A stretch of 64,000 nt of DNA, taken from Phyllosticta citribraziliensis. Taxonomy: Eukaryota. The notes below the pieces were generated by a model. That model searched no databases, was not told where the DNA came from, and saw only the letters and a list, made by a program, of their open reading frames with translations. Positions 11,887 to 25,093 of this stretch are shown here, one piece after another; the stretch's first letter is position 1; each line of letters starts with the position of its first letter. The position numbers and the translations under genes are program-made. The DNA is taken from assembly GCF_038025025.1 (NCBI RefSeq), contig NW_027117343.1:2232001-2296000 (forward strand), written 5' to 3'.

Positions 11887-13489
11887 TCACTCCTTGTACG
11901 TGATCGTCTTCAACCTCAAAAACTCCTCAACGCCCCATTGACCATTGAAGCGGCCCCACCCACTGCTCTTCATACCACCATGCGGCAGAGTCGCCTCGTC
12001 ATGAATGGACATGCTGTTGATGTGAACGGCACTGCAAAAAGTAAATCAGTGCCAAGTCCATAGTCAAAGTAGATCTTGCTTACCCAGACTCAATCCTCTT
12101 CGCAACTCTCAAAGCTCTGGCCAAATCCTTGGTAAAGACCGCAGACGTAAGGCCGTAAGCCGTGTCATTGGCGATGATGAGCGCGTCCTCATCGCTATGG
12201 ATCTCGATGAGGCTCACGGTCGGCCCAAAGCTCTCTTCGTGATACAATGCCATCTCAGGCTTTACACCCTCGACAACGATCGGGCGCATGCGCGTGTGCG
12301 AGGCATCGCCAGTTTCGGGATGGAACTCCGGCTTTTGGTGGTCACCGTAAAGGATACTTGCGCCTCCAGCTACAGCGTCATCAATGAGGCGTTTGTTCTT
12401 CTCGACAGTCGGACCTTGCACAAGCACTGGTGCTGGCGCATGGTCGGGAAAGACTTTGGCAAGGGCGGTCTGGAAGGCCGGCTTAAAGGCTGGAAGGATA
12501 TCTTTGTGGACGAGGATGCGCTCCGTAGCCATGCAAACTTGTCCACCGTGCAAAAAGGCCCCAAGAGCGCATTGAAAGGCCGCAAGCTCTACGTCTGCGT
12601 CGTCAAGAACAATGGAAGATGCCTTGCCGCCGAGCTCCATAAGGCAGGGTTTCAGCGCCTTGCCGGCCGTGGAGGCGATGATTGAACCAATTGCTGTGCT
12701 TCCGGTGAAGTTTATCTTCTTGATTGCCGGGGAGTTGATGAGTTGGTTAGTGGCGGCAGGCGATTCGCTTCGGGCGGTGTAGATGACGTTCAACACACCA
12801 GCTGGCAAACCAGCGTCGGCAAGGACACGTCCAATGGAGTAAAAAGCACGGGGACTGAGCTCAGAACCTTTCAGGATGCAGGTATTGCCAGCAGCGATGG
12901 CGTAAATGACTGCGCGGAATCCGAGGATGTAGGGAGCATTCCTGCAAAATTATAAGCCTTCTCAAGCCGCATGCACAGCAAAAGCAGAGGGCCTTTTCCA
13001 CCAGATAGATAGTACAAGATTCACTTACCAAGGCGCAATTCCCAAAATAACACCATATGGCTCTTTCAAAACCAGCGCGCTGGTTCCCTCATCTTGACAT
13101 ATTGGAACATGGCCCATAATGTTGCCGCATCTCCCTGCCACATCCCTCATCAACTCTGCCGCTGTGAAGATGTTGAAACCAGTAAAGGGATCTGTTCCTC
13201 CCGTCTCGTCTGCCATGTATCCCTTGAGCTCATCCTCACGTTGTTGGAGCAAGTCGGCGGCCTTCATAAAAATTGTTCGTCGCTGGGCAGGCTTGCTCTT
13301 CGCCCACGCCGGGAATGCCGCGGCGGCAGTGGCAAGCGCAGAGTCGACATGTGCGCTTGAGGCAGATGAGCTCTTCCAGAGGACTTGATGCGATGCAGGT
13401 GAGGTCACGTCGAAGGTCGTGGTTGAGATGACATCTTCGCCATTGATCAGCAGCGGGACGGTGTACTGCGTTCCATTCTCCGCGGCCAT
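11887..13489 (-). CDS. Aldehyde dehydrogenase, vanillin/salicylaldehyde dehydrogenase-like (3 exons)
   Basis: Motifs EPYGVILGIAPWNAP, NFTGST, MELGGK, GQVCMATER, EESFGP and GGMKSSG. Introns at about 13027-12942 and 12083-12032. Confidence 0.92.
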
Positions 13490-14356
13490 GGCGAAAGAAT
13501 GTCGAGAGTCCTAGACTGCCTCAAGCTTGAAAGACAACCAATCCATCTTTCTGGTGGAGACGACATATTTATGACGGCGATTGGCATGTGGGCGGCAGGG
13601 CTTGGGCTCCCGGACATTGGATGCCTGTTGTAGCGACCGACTAGCGAGTAATGATGGGATGTGGGGGTCGAGAAGGGCAGCCGAGCTCGACGTCGAGCCG
13701 CCGGTTGGCCAACGAAGGCGAGACTTTTGCCATTTGCCAAGTTGATGCTTGATCGTGGGTGGGGAACGCCACAGCGTCCGCTGGCTGATTGGCGTGTTGT
13801 TCTCGGAGGGAATTCTGTGGCGCCGCGAACATCTACCTTTCCCCACGTGCCCACATCCCGGGCTGGCTGGTGCTGCTTTCATGCAGCTCCGCCTGCAGAC
13901 TGTCCGTTTTGACCATGCTCTTGAATTCCTGCTCATGCAAAGCATCACCTCGATGAAAATGGCTGTGGCTTTCGAAGACCATCCGGCACTGTTGGTCCAT
14001 GTGTCGAACCCCACCATGAACTTTTCATGCCCAGACCTCCTAGCTCAACTCCACCAAAACCGCCTATTTGTCAGCTGCGGCTATCGTTGAGGACGGAAAG
14101 TCTCCGTTGGCTGCACCGTCTACCGAGCCTAGTTGATGCGGAAAATACCGAAGCAGACGAGGTAGTGCTGTAATCGATGCCAAATCAATCCAGAATTAAC
14201 TAAACATTTCTAATGCCACAACTACGCAGAACAATGACAACGGAGTCAACACAAAGTGCCGAGGGATATCTCTATGCTCCAGCCTCATGACCAAGCCAGT
14301 CTACACTCTCTCCCTCTTACAAACGCCCTGCAAATCCGCCTCGCCCTCCCCCATAG

Positions 14357-17300
14357 TTACACCACAATCAGGTTGCTGATTCTCAGCCCTTGGCTTTCAT
14401 ACCACCATCGCCTCCGCGTCCCAACTCCTATCGCCCTACTCAACACCTCGAACGTTTGTTCTCCGCCTCCCACCATGACCAAGGGGATCGGGTGTGGTCT
14501 CTTGATGCCGCCAGGCAGCGTCTGCTCCTCGTGTAGAAATGGTTGCACAAGATCGGCGTCCGGGTCTTCGCCTCCGTCTTGCTCGGGATAGCTGACCATG
14601 ATGACGAGCTGGAGCGACTGCGGCGACGGAGGAAAAGCCGGAATGTTAGCTAGCTTCTCGGAAAAGGAGCAGCCGCCTCGTTTCAACACTATAATCTGGT
14701 GTTCTTTTGGTATGTTGGGTGCCAGACGGTCGCCGCAGTTGTCATCGCCAAGGTAGATTTTCTGCCAAGGTAGCTTCTTGTCGTTGGTCGAAAATTCCTC
14801 GCCTCCTTTTCCTGACGGCGGGGGCACAGCTCCCGGTCCAGTCGACAGAGTGGCAGAGTATTGAATCCGGTGTACGCGGCGGCCTTTTCCGCTATGCTTT
14901 TGCTTAGACGATTGCCCTTTGTCCAGCAGTTTCTTCTGCGGGGTTGATGGTCTTGTCAACGGCTCGAGGCCCTCTGTCAAGATGCTCTGAAAATTCTGGA
15001 GCAGGTTGGAGAAGAGCGAAGGATTCACAGTCTCCAAATCGACCCCATCAGCCAGCGAAAGGGACACGTCCGAGGAATTCGTGTCCAATTCAACTCCACT
15101 GAGTCCAAGTCTCTTCGATGCCAGTGCAGCCGCCGTTTTTTGAGTGACCTCGGGAGCGTCAATGAATAGGTCCAGCGTTGTCAAATCTCTGGTTCTCGTG
15201 AAATAGGGGTCAGCTGGGTTGAAGCTCGACATGAGATCTCTTGACATGAAAACCTTTTCGTCTCTTCCCAGTGCCACATTTGAGACGGCATAAATCCTAA
15301 ACATATCATTGGAAGACTCGCCAGCCTGTGATTCCAGCCTTTCAGATTCTCGGACCATGCCCAGACGGAGACCGCTCATCGAGTTGACCATGATGCCTCC
15401 TCCAATTCGCTGAAGGGTGAGAGTATTGAGCATGGCATTCGGCAGATTCGGGAAGGACAAGTCGAATGTTGTCCGAGCTACCATCCGAGAGCTTGTTGCA
15501 TTGTGCGGCACGAGCTGCGGAGGTAAGGTCCAAGGAAAGTACGTATAGTTGGAGGGCGAGTGGAGATCCGATAACGAGATGCTTGGGTGGTCGGTCGTAA
15601 ATTCGATGAGAGGAGACTCCGAGGTTGCTCGATTTGGCATCAGATGGAGACGAGCCAAGCTCGCGGCATGGAAAACGTCATCTCGTGCGGCAGTGGCCGA
15701 TATCGTAAACGGAACGTGGGCCGGAGGAAGGGGACATTGCGCGGTGGAATCCTCCGATTGCTGCCTTCCCAAGTTCGATGTCCGGAAGGTAACGTTTTGA
15801 CGAAGATGCTTTGGCATGATTAGAGGGTGACCCTCGGTGGTGAATACCCACGGCGCGTCGACTTGATTCAAAGGGTGGTCATTGTCAAACAAAAGGAAGA
15901 GGTACTTGGCGGTTTCACCCAAGAAGAAGCTCTCCATCCGATCGCTCTTTTCACCTGACCTTACATCCTGCAAGCCAGCCCATCCACAGCTAGTCCAGCA
16001 GCGGCGCTTGATGTCTCTCAGCGCCATCTCGCCGACATGGAGATACCAAGGATCTCGAGTCGCTCGGTAAAGATACCAAGTAGACTCGATGAACTCTGGC
16101 CGACCGCCCCACCAGCGAAGCCCCATTTCTATATTTCCTGTCGCAGTGGACCAACGTTCCGGAAGGGCAGAATAACGAGTCCACAGAGCCGTGTACAAGA
16201 GATGTGTCTCTATGGCTTCATCCAATTCTCCGGCAAAGGTGAGCAAGCCCGGGTAGTACGCGCTCAAACTGTCGATCCAGAATGCTCGCATGGCTCCCGT
16301 ATAAAGATCGACTTGGATGTAGTGAGGATGTTGGTGCATAGGACCCCGGTAAATGTGTCGCTTAATCCCGGCGTGGGATTCCTGCCACACTCGCAAGAAA
16401 GCTTCAGGAGAATCGCGGTCCTCATTTGGATCGGAAGGAAGGCCCGAGAGGAGAACGTGGGACTTGAAAGCGTATTCGAAGAAGCTGTCAATGCCGGCTC
16501 CGATCCCAGTGTACGGACTGACCCATTGGCCTGTTTCTGCGTCTATTCCGGAACCAATCAAGCCGGAGCTGCTTCTCCTCGACCATATCGCCCAGAACGC
16601 CGCCTTTCCAAACTTTTCAAATGTTGGGTCTCCAGTAAGTCTGCTCAGTGTGGAAAACTCGAGCACAAGACTGCCAGCACCGGCACTGCACGTTTCTGTG
16701 ATTTCGGGCGATTCGTTGGACGCTGCTTGACACTGGCCGTGTTCCGCGTCCGTATTTAGCGGCGAGTTGGCGTAAAACGGAATCCCAGTGCGCAAATTGA
16801 CCCTTGGATACGGGATTCCCGTCGGAGTGTGGAAAGCTGGCAGTATTCGTTCGCCCAGATCTTTCGCTAGGCGCAGCAGCTGCCCATTGTAAAAGAAGCC
16901 TCCGGGCCACTCGATGCCGCTTTCACCATGCTCCCTCTCGGCGACCTCGGCCTCATATCCGCGTATTGGCAACTCTCCTATCGCAAACAGATGGGCGCTC
17001 AGCAGACCGCCAAGCCCTCGGATGACCGTCTCGAATACCTGGACCTTGCTATCCAAGTCGAAGCCTTTTGCTCGACTCCCTTGACCAGCAGGTCCCTCGG
17101 ATCCATCGCCATAGTGTTCGACAAACAGCTGGACACCGTTCTGAAAGTCACCCAGAGGATCCCTGCCACCGCTTGTGCCTGGCGAGGATGCAAGAATGGC
17201 GAGAGTAGAGAGACTGTCAATCAAGGTAAGGGAGTAGTTGCCCAAAACATCGTTGACCTCGATATGGGCTGGGTTGGCGCGGTCCCGCGTGAGGGAAGAG

Positions 17301-17601
17301 CAGGAGAGGGGGCGAAGCTCATCTTCGGGAAACGCGTGCTTCATGTAATTATCATATCCATGGTAAAAGATGTCTGTCGTTTCTTGCCTGCGCGAACAGT
17401 GAGCTTCCAGGAGGACCAACGGCGGCGCGGAGACTTGTACTTTAAGTTTCGGAGTAGCTCATCAGTCATGCATGTTGACAGCGCCACGCATTCGAGCAGC
17501 CAGAAAACGGCTGTCCACCTGAGACCTCGCCAACCGGGTGCGGAATTGCTGGCGCGAGGATTAGGTGCGGCCCTGCTCAGCGCCGGCCAAAATGACAGCA
17601 T
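14357..17601 (-). CDS. MNL1: GH47 ER degradation-enhancing alpha-mannosidase-like protein (EDEM/Htm1) with C-terminal PA domain
   Basis: Motifs YMKHAFPEDELRPLSC, LTLIDSLSTL, VFETVIR, GAGIDSFFEY, RPEFIEST, MESFFLGETAKY and FTTEGHP. PA motif LKRGGCSFSEK. One 5' intron at about 17440-17388. Start codon uncertain. Confidence 0.9.
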
Positions 17602-17912
17602 ACCCAAGGGATGGCCCGTAGAGACGGCATGGGAGAGGCAGAGGGACTGGAGAGATGAGCGTAATCTCCAAGCTCCACCGGTGGATCAAGATGGAGAGAG
17701 GTTGGGGAGAGGACAGATAGGTATCCTAGACATGGATGTGGATGGATGGGGTTTGCTTTGACGTAGCCTCAAGCTGCGGGTCCGCGCGTGGCCCGTGCTC
17801 TGAAATTCTGAGAGTACCGCAACTACATCGTCATCCGATTCCGCCTCCACTTCACAACTCATTCCATTATCTCTCCTTCTCCGCTCGTCGCGCCAACCCA
17901 ATCGCCCCAGTG

Positions 17913-19587
17913 ATGCTCCCGCGCGCAGCTCTCCGCCTCGCTGCCGCCCGGCCGCTGCTTTCGGCAGCTCCTCGAGCACCGCCGGCTCTGTGGTCGAGAG
18001 GCTACGCGAAGAATCGCGCGCCCAACTCCAACCCGTCAGGATCCGCTCCCAACTCGCCCCGAAGAACCTCTCCCTCGACCTCCGACTCTACCAAGCAGGC
18101 TGCAGAATTCAACCCCAAGGCATCCGCAGAAAAGAATACTGCGCCGCAGTCACAACCCGGTCCTGGCGCAGCCGCCAAAGATGCCACGCCTGGAGAGGAT
18201 GCCACAGCAAGCGAGCCACAGCAGCCAAAGCAGCCGCTGCCAGATTTGACGCAGGGCATTCCATCTACCTTTGAAGCCGAATTCCTCAAGTCCACGCCCG
18301 AGTCCAAAGAAAAGGCGCCAGAGCCATCTCTGAACGTGACAGAGGATCCAAATGCAGAGGCGGAGGCCGGTGGTCGTGGCGGCGGCGAGGGCGGCGAACT
18401 TCCCAAGTCCGCGTACGAAACTTCGACAGACAGGCGACGGGACCGCTATGCAAAGCTGACCGGAATTGCATCGATACTGTTCCTAGCTTCGGGGGGACTG
18501 TACTTGGCCAGGCCTTGGGAATCCGAGCAGGAGGCCAGACTATACCCCGATATTGAGGATGGGTGGTCACCTTCAACCCTTTATGCTCGTGCCAAGGCCA
18601 GACTGTCTGGCTCGCTTGGATACTACACCGAGCCTGTCTTTCCCAAGCTGTTGCCTCAGGTCGACCCTGCGCCTCCTTACACGCTTGTTCTGAGTTTGGA
18701 AGATCTCCTCATCCACAGTGAGTGGACTCGCGAACACGGCTGGAGGTTTGCCAAGCGACCTGGCGTCGACTATTTCCTCCGCTACCTCTGCCAGTACTAT
18801 GAGCTCGTCATCTTTACGAGCTTGCCTTCTCAAGCTGCAGACCCTGTCATCAGGAAGCTTGACCCATTTCGCATCGTAATGTGGCCACTGTTCCGGGAGG
18901 CGACGCGCTATGAGAAGGGTGAATACATCAAGGTAAGCTCTCGCAATTTCGAACGACGGCTCACGTTAACTTTGTCAGGATCTCTCCTATCTCAACCGCG
19001 ATCTTAGCAAAACAATAATCATTGACACCAAGGCCGAGCACGTCAAGAATCAGCCCGAGAACGCCATCGTCCTACCTCCATGGAAAGGTGAGAAGGGTGA
19101 CAAGGGGCTCGTCGCTCTCATCCCCTTCCTGGAATACATTGCAACCATGGGCATCAGCGATGTTCGGAAAGCCATTGAATCCTTCGAGGGCAAGGATGTT
19201 GCCACGGAATTCGCCCTCCGAGAGGCCAAGGCACGGGAAGCCTTCCAGAAACAGATTGGCGAAAGCAAGAACTCGAGCTCGAAACGGGGTGGCTTTGGAA
19301 AGCTCGCCGGAGCATTGGGCATGAAGCCTCAGCCAGCCCAAGGTAGCCTTCTTGTGGGGGAAGAAACTGCGTCAGAGGGCTTTGCCAAGGGCAAGATGCT
19401 TTCAGACCAGATCCGCGAGCGTGGGCAAAAGCAGTACGAAATGATGGAGAAGGAAATTCGTGAGAATGGCGAAAAGTGGCTCAAGGAGATGGCAGAGGAG
19501 GAGAAGAAAGCCCAAGAAGAAATGACCAAGGGCATGAAGAGTGCCGTGTTTGGGGTGTTTGGCGGTGGAAACTCTGAATCAAAATGA
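17913..19587 (+). CDS. TIM50: Mitochondrial inner membrane translocase subunit Tim50 (2 exons)
   Basis: Arg/Ala-rich presequence, one TM segment, and an NIF domain (YTLVLSLEDLLIHSEWTREHGWRFAKRPG, LFREATRY, KDLSYLNRDL across intron 18932-18978). Confidence 0.95.
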
Positions 19588-20274
19588 GTTGGCTAGTTCG
19601 CTCTGTTTGTACATGCTCAGCGTAATCATTTGGGGAGTTGATTAGGTCTCTAGGGAACTCTCGATTGTGCGAGTCCAAAAGACTTGGGTTATCACCGAGT
19701 CCACGATGCAAGATGCATCGCTTGTACCATATAGCAAGAGGGCAAAATCACAGGCGACGTCACGGCGTCAAATCTTTACTCCTGATTTGGGGCGTCGATG
19801 GATGTGGTGTTGAAGCACAGCGCCAACCAAAGCTCAGAGGCCGGCAGGATGACACCGCGCAAAGCAGAACATTGTACTGGAAACAATGACATTCTCGTCT
19901 TTTGCCCGAATTCCGTCAATTCCACAAGTGGTTTTGGCACTGCTGACAACCTTTATGTTTCTTGACGCATCAACGTGTCGGCTAATTTGATTTCCGAGCA
20001 GCGCGTCGCCAACTGCTTGCGGCTAGCCTATTTCCCAAAGGGATTGGGATCCCTTAGTAAGAGGGCGTCCACGCCTCGGAATAAGCTGCCACTTCTGGGG
20101 CGAGCTTACCAGGGGAAAGCGGCAGTGACTTTTCCCGCCCGATACGCAGCGACGCCTTACCTGATTTCCGTCTTCTCCTCTCCCACCGAATCCTGAAAAC
20201 GATACACCTGTATCGTAACAGTCTTGTAAACCCGCTGCTCACAACCGCCGCCGTCCAAAGGTAATCGGCACGCC

Positions 20275-21834
20275 ATGGTAGGATCCAACTCCAGCCTTTG
20301 ATGCCACCTCACTGACAGCCGCCAGGGGAGGGTATACTGCCATGCTCCGTCGCCGTGTACAGTCCTGGCTAACGTCTTAGCATGCAAACGACCTGATCAA
20401 GAATGCGTTCCAAGAATATACAGACGCGACCAGTCCATCCAAGGTGAGCCCACGTCGCTCAGTCGCGTCGCGCGTCGACTAACAAGTCGCCCAGTGTGCA
20501 AAAGTCAGATGCCTCCATTGTGGTTTTACACGCGCAAAGAACACCACACGCCAGATTGAGCACCTGCAATCATGTCAGGCCTACTTGAGCTCTCCGGACG
20601 CCATGCCGTACCTACAAAGCAACAACAGGGACAGCACCGGTGGCAGTGGCTCAATCGATCCCACCATGACGCAGGAAGGCACTCCCAACCGTAGCATTCT
20701 GAATGGAACGCATCCGAATCCGAACCTCCAAGTCCACCGTCGGGGACCCAACACGAACAAGCGATCGCGTGAAGGTCAGCCCATTGCACCGCTGCCAGCC
20801 CCGCCGCCACCCCCACAACAACACCCGTCGCTCGTGGCACATCTCTTGAACAAGTACCAGGCCTCATTCACGGCCTCAACACAACAACCGTTCCTTTCGC
20901 ACGCTGGCTGTGGAACGCTGTCTGCGCCAGCGCTGTGCCAGTGGCTCGTCCAAGATGCGCACTATGCGCGTGGATACATCAGGTTCATTGGCAACATGCT
21001 GGCCAAAATCCGGCTTCCCGTTGTTTCCAACAGCCAATTCAACCAAACTTATCGCGTCATGGACCTGCTCATCAGCGCTCTGAATAACATTCGGCGAGAA
21101 ATGACGTTTTTCGAAATCACCGCGACCAAGTTCGGCCTGCAGATGGCGGAGGAGCCACCGAATCACATTACCCGCGCATATCTCGACTTGTTTGTCAGTT
21201 CAACCAGCACGGGAGCGAGTCTGCTGGAAGGTATGGTAGTACTGTGGGCCACGGAACATGTGAGTGACCCTTGACTGCTCGCCACAAGCCACTCGAGAAG
21301 CTAAGACGAACCTAGTGCTATCGAACCGCCTGGACCTACGCCGCATCATTCACGCCCACCCTCTCCATGCCGTCTACCGACCCTCACATAGTCGCCCTCC
21401 ACCAACAGCTCATCCCGAACTGGACGTCTGCGCCCTTTTCGAAATTTGTCGACGCCTGCCGCCTTCTCGTCGACGAGCTCGCCAACACGACCACGTCTCC
21501 AAATGGCAAAGAAGAAATGCAGCGATGTGAGCAACTTTTTGAGCAAGTGTGTTGGCTCGAAGAGCGGTTCTGGCCCGATGTAGATGGCATGGGCGAAGAA
21601 GACGAGACGGCCCGTCTCACTGCCCACGGGGCCCATCACACGCATTCGGCTAGCGCTGCCGCCCACACACATCCGACTCACGCTCTCAACTCTGCGCCAG
21701 GCGTGGGCATTGGAAACGGACCTTTGGGCAACGGCATGGGCGGCACGGAGACGCCGTCACGCGACTCGGGCAACTCGTTTGGCGGCGCCTTGAACGGCAT
21801 CGAAGCTGCAGCCAACGGTACGCCGTCTGATTGA
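20275..21834 (+). CDS. BED-like zinc finger fused to a TenA/THI-4/PQQC (PAB1642-like) domain, about 451 aa (5 coding exons)
   Basis: Exons 20275-20277, 20326-20331, 20381-20443, 20495-21259 and 21316-21834 with canonical introns. N-terminus MGRHANDLIKNAFQEY..KVRCLHCGFTRAKNTTRQIEHLQSC. TenA motifs QPFL..GTL..WLVQD..Y, WATE.CY..AW, NWTS..F and LEERFWP. Confidence 0.82.
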
Positions 21835-23093
21835 GCCTGAACAGTGAAGTCTTTGCAGCAAGGAGCGGCTCTGGTCTAGCTGACGGATGAAATTCGCGTG
21901 TGACAGGGGACAGTTGCGACGTCGGCGACGATGGCACTCCAGCGGCGGTCGAAGAAGACGGGGACGACATTGCGGACAACGAAACCGAAGCGATCATTAT
22001 GGGGGATCAATGACATGATCTTGCCATTTACTTCTCGTTTGTCCGGGAGCACACGTCGTTCTCTGCACCGGAGATTGCCGTTGTCCCTCTCCCCCTGTCG
22101 ACCCCTGATCTCAGGTCTTTTCGGGGCATCATCAAGTCTAGGCCTGCCTCTTTCTTTTTTCAGGACGTCGGTGGTGCTCCTTATGTTTCCTTTCCCATTG
22201 GCTGGCTGCCAATACATCATATCTCTACTCTCCAGTCGAGCTTGCAGCCATGCATCATAGCGTCTCTGCATTCTCTTATCCCCCTTCCTCTTCTCGTGAT
22301 TCTCACGTCAAGGGCGAAAAAACGGTTTCGGACAATATTGGCATAGGGTGTGTCATAGGGCGTTTGCATTCCACGAAACGGGCTCGTTTTGACTCGTTCG
22401 TTGTCCAGCAAGATTGCGCTATACAGCTGGGCCGCCGGGTTGACCTCAAAGCTCTTGTTGAACCTTTCCGGTCAAAGCCTGGGTCGAGCGTTTGAATTCC
22501 ACAAGAGTACCGGAGAGCTGCCTGATCTGACCACCAAAAGGTGGGAGGTTCTGCCTCCGCCTGGCGAGTCAGCCTGTCGTCCCTTTTCTTGACGTACGTC
22601 GGCCTCGCGCGCTACTGTATTGTGCGGTTTCTCTCTGCCCTCTTGCTCTTTTCTTTCTTCTTTTCCCTTTTCTTGTATCTTTTTCCATACATTTCACACG
22701 TCGGGCGGTGGGCTGGGTAACTTGTGGGTGTTTGAAGGACAAATGGACGGATAGGGCGACGGATGGAAGGTTAGGCGGATAGGAAAATAAGAATATCTGG
22801 ATTGCCACGATGCTCGTTCAGGCAAAATTCAAAATGCTTGGTCTGCTGTTTCCTACTTGTGTTTGACACGTCTGCGGTCTCTGTGGGTGCGAGACATGGA
22901 TAATGGGCTAGCACGCGTGTGGTCTCGTCTCCTTTGGGCACTGCCATTTTCACACGAATGGTCATTGTGACAGGTGAATTGGCAAAAAAGGGCGACTGAC
23001 TGGCTAGCAAACCAGCCGAGTGAGAAGCTTTTTCATTGATTTCTAATCTTTCCTACGTCTACCCCTGTCATCAACCTCCTAGATCCCCCTGGC

Positions 23094-24892
23094 TCATGCC
23101 TTGCTCGTGGCATTACTCACCGGCACGCCATTCCAAACAGTGCCGTACGGCGTGGCCGGATAGTCGCCAAAGCAACTCCACTCGTACTGAGCCTCCTCAA
23201 GCTTGCTCTTCTGCGTGAGCATCCACGTCTCCAACTCGCACCAGCCGTCGTCGCGGTACTCGCATGCGGCGAAGCTGGGGTGCAGCGGCAGCGTGCGCTG
23301 GTTCAGGATGAAGTGGATGTACTTTGTCGGGGCACCCGTGGTGTTGTAGAAGCTGGCGGAAGAAGACGACGGGTTGAAAGGACGGCGCGGCAACACGGGG
23401 TGCGGCGCGTCGATGATTTCGATATCCAGGCGCGCGGCGAATGGCGCGATGTGGCTGACGATGAGCGAGCGGTTGGCCGTGTAGTGCGTGGCGGGCAGGA
23501 GCGGCGCGAACTGCGTGAAGCCAAAGGCCGTCAGGAACGACATGATGTCCGTGTCGTGGCTGAAGTCCAGATTGAGCGCCTGGTCGAGCGGGAACGTCGC
23601 CGTGTTGTTGTCGAGCGTCACGTTGACCTGGGCCGTCGGCGTGTCGATGAGGTGGTGGTTCAGTCGCGCCAGTAGCTCGACGACCCACGGGATGCCGACG
23701 GCGCGGCCGGTGGGTGATTGGAAGGCGTTGTTGCCCGCGAAGTTGATGTCGATGCTGTATTCGTACCCTACCCATTCGTCGTATGTGAAGAGACCGCAGA
23801 AGTGCGAGAAGCCCAGCCCGACGGTTTCGTACGCGCACAGTGTCTGTGCTGCGTATGTGTCGTCGACGGTCCAGTCCCAGCCAGAGATCTGCTTGCGAAT
23901 GCGCTCTGTTGCGTTGGCGAGGTAGATACTCGCCCACTGCTCGGTAGCTTGGGGTCAAGTCAGTGCCGGCGTCAGGGGGAAGAATTGGGTGGACCTACCA
24001 TTGGTGCCGCCGTAGCTGACCTCCAGGTTCGAGTTGGGGCAGTTGTCGTATCCGGCCAAGCTGTTGTTGTAACCATCTTCTTCGATGATCAGCTCCAGCG
24101 TGGCGTTCTGCGTCCACCCGAGCCCGAAGAAGCCGGCTAGGAAATACTCTGCGGACTGCGTCATGCGGTCTTCAGTGGTCGAGCGGACCAGAATCTTGGA
24201 CCCATTGTTCGGGTACAGATGGCCGTACTGGTAGTAGTGCAGCACGCCCGAGTCGAAGAGCCTGCTTGATTAGTCTCGCATCATGAACGCTCCTTATTGG
24301 TGTTGGACGTACTCTTGATGCCCAAGGGGCACTAGGATTTCGTATCCAAGCCTGTACTTGTAGTCGTTTAGAAAAGCCAAGTCGCCCGTGGCGTTGAATG
24401 TCCCGGTCCTGTTTTCTATCTTTTGGCCAAGAGTCGCAGAGTAGCTCTCCGGGTACCTGCTGCCATGCCGGTGCAGCATGTGCAATTGGCTAATGTTCGT
24501 CCCAGGAGGCAGCGCATATTCGTCCACTCCGAAACCGTCCGGGTTGGGGAAATAGTGGCTCAATTGGCCCATGAGCTGGAAGATGTTGGCATTCTCCGTA
24601 TTTCCGGCAATTGGAATCTGCGTCTCGATTGGCTGGACGGGAATGTACGAGACGCCCGAGAAGGGTGCAATGTTGGTTTGCGCCAGGAACGGTGCGTCTC
24701 CAGTCTTGGTTGGGCCTGCATCAGATGGATCAATTGATGGCTCGACTCCTAAGCACCGGACATTTGACCTGCGAAGAGCTCCGGGCTCGTTTGGAAGTAC
24801 TGAGGCACTTCGGTCGAGGAAGGCGTTGCGACGTTCGCAGCGTCGGCATACGAGCCGACCGCCGCGGCGATGAGGGCGCTCCTGGTGAGCAT
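23094..24892 (-). CDS. Secreted histidine acid phosphatase / 3-phytase (4 exons)
   Basis: Signal peptide, catalytic HRHGSRYP and FSHD motifs, plus PQYFQTSPELFAGPT and PFAARL. Confidence 0.92.
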
Positions 24893-25087
24893 TTTCTTGC
24901 AGACAGCGCTTGGAATTTTAACGCCGAGGACGCCGTCGGAGATGAGGCCTTGGAAGAAACGACCCATTGCCAGTGCAGCGATTGCACGGCATTATATGCA
25001 GAAGAAAAGCACGTCCAACATGGTACAGGTACGAGTCGAGGTGCAGCGGGGAGTGGAGGAGCTCAGCGAGCTGGAGGCAGTCCCTGG

Positions 25088-25093
25088 CACGTG
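25088..25093. promoter_or_regulatory. CACGTG E-box (candidate Pho4/Nuc-1/PalcA site) upstream of the phytase
   Basis: Palindrome about 200 nt upstream of the phytase ATG. Function is inferred only. Confidence 0.3.

Noticed and set aside
20000..20500. TPP riboswitch in the 5' introns of the TenA-like gene
   Set aside because: The introns are only about 50 nt and lack the CTGAGA...TGAT...TAAT aptamer core.
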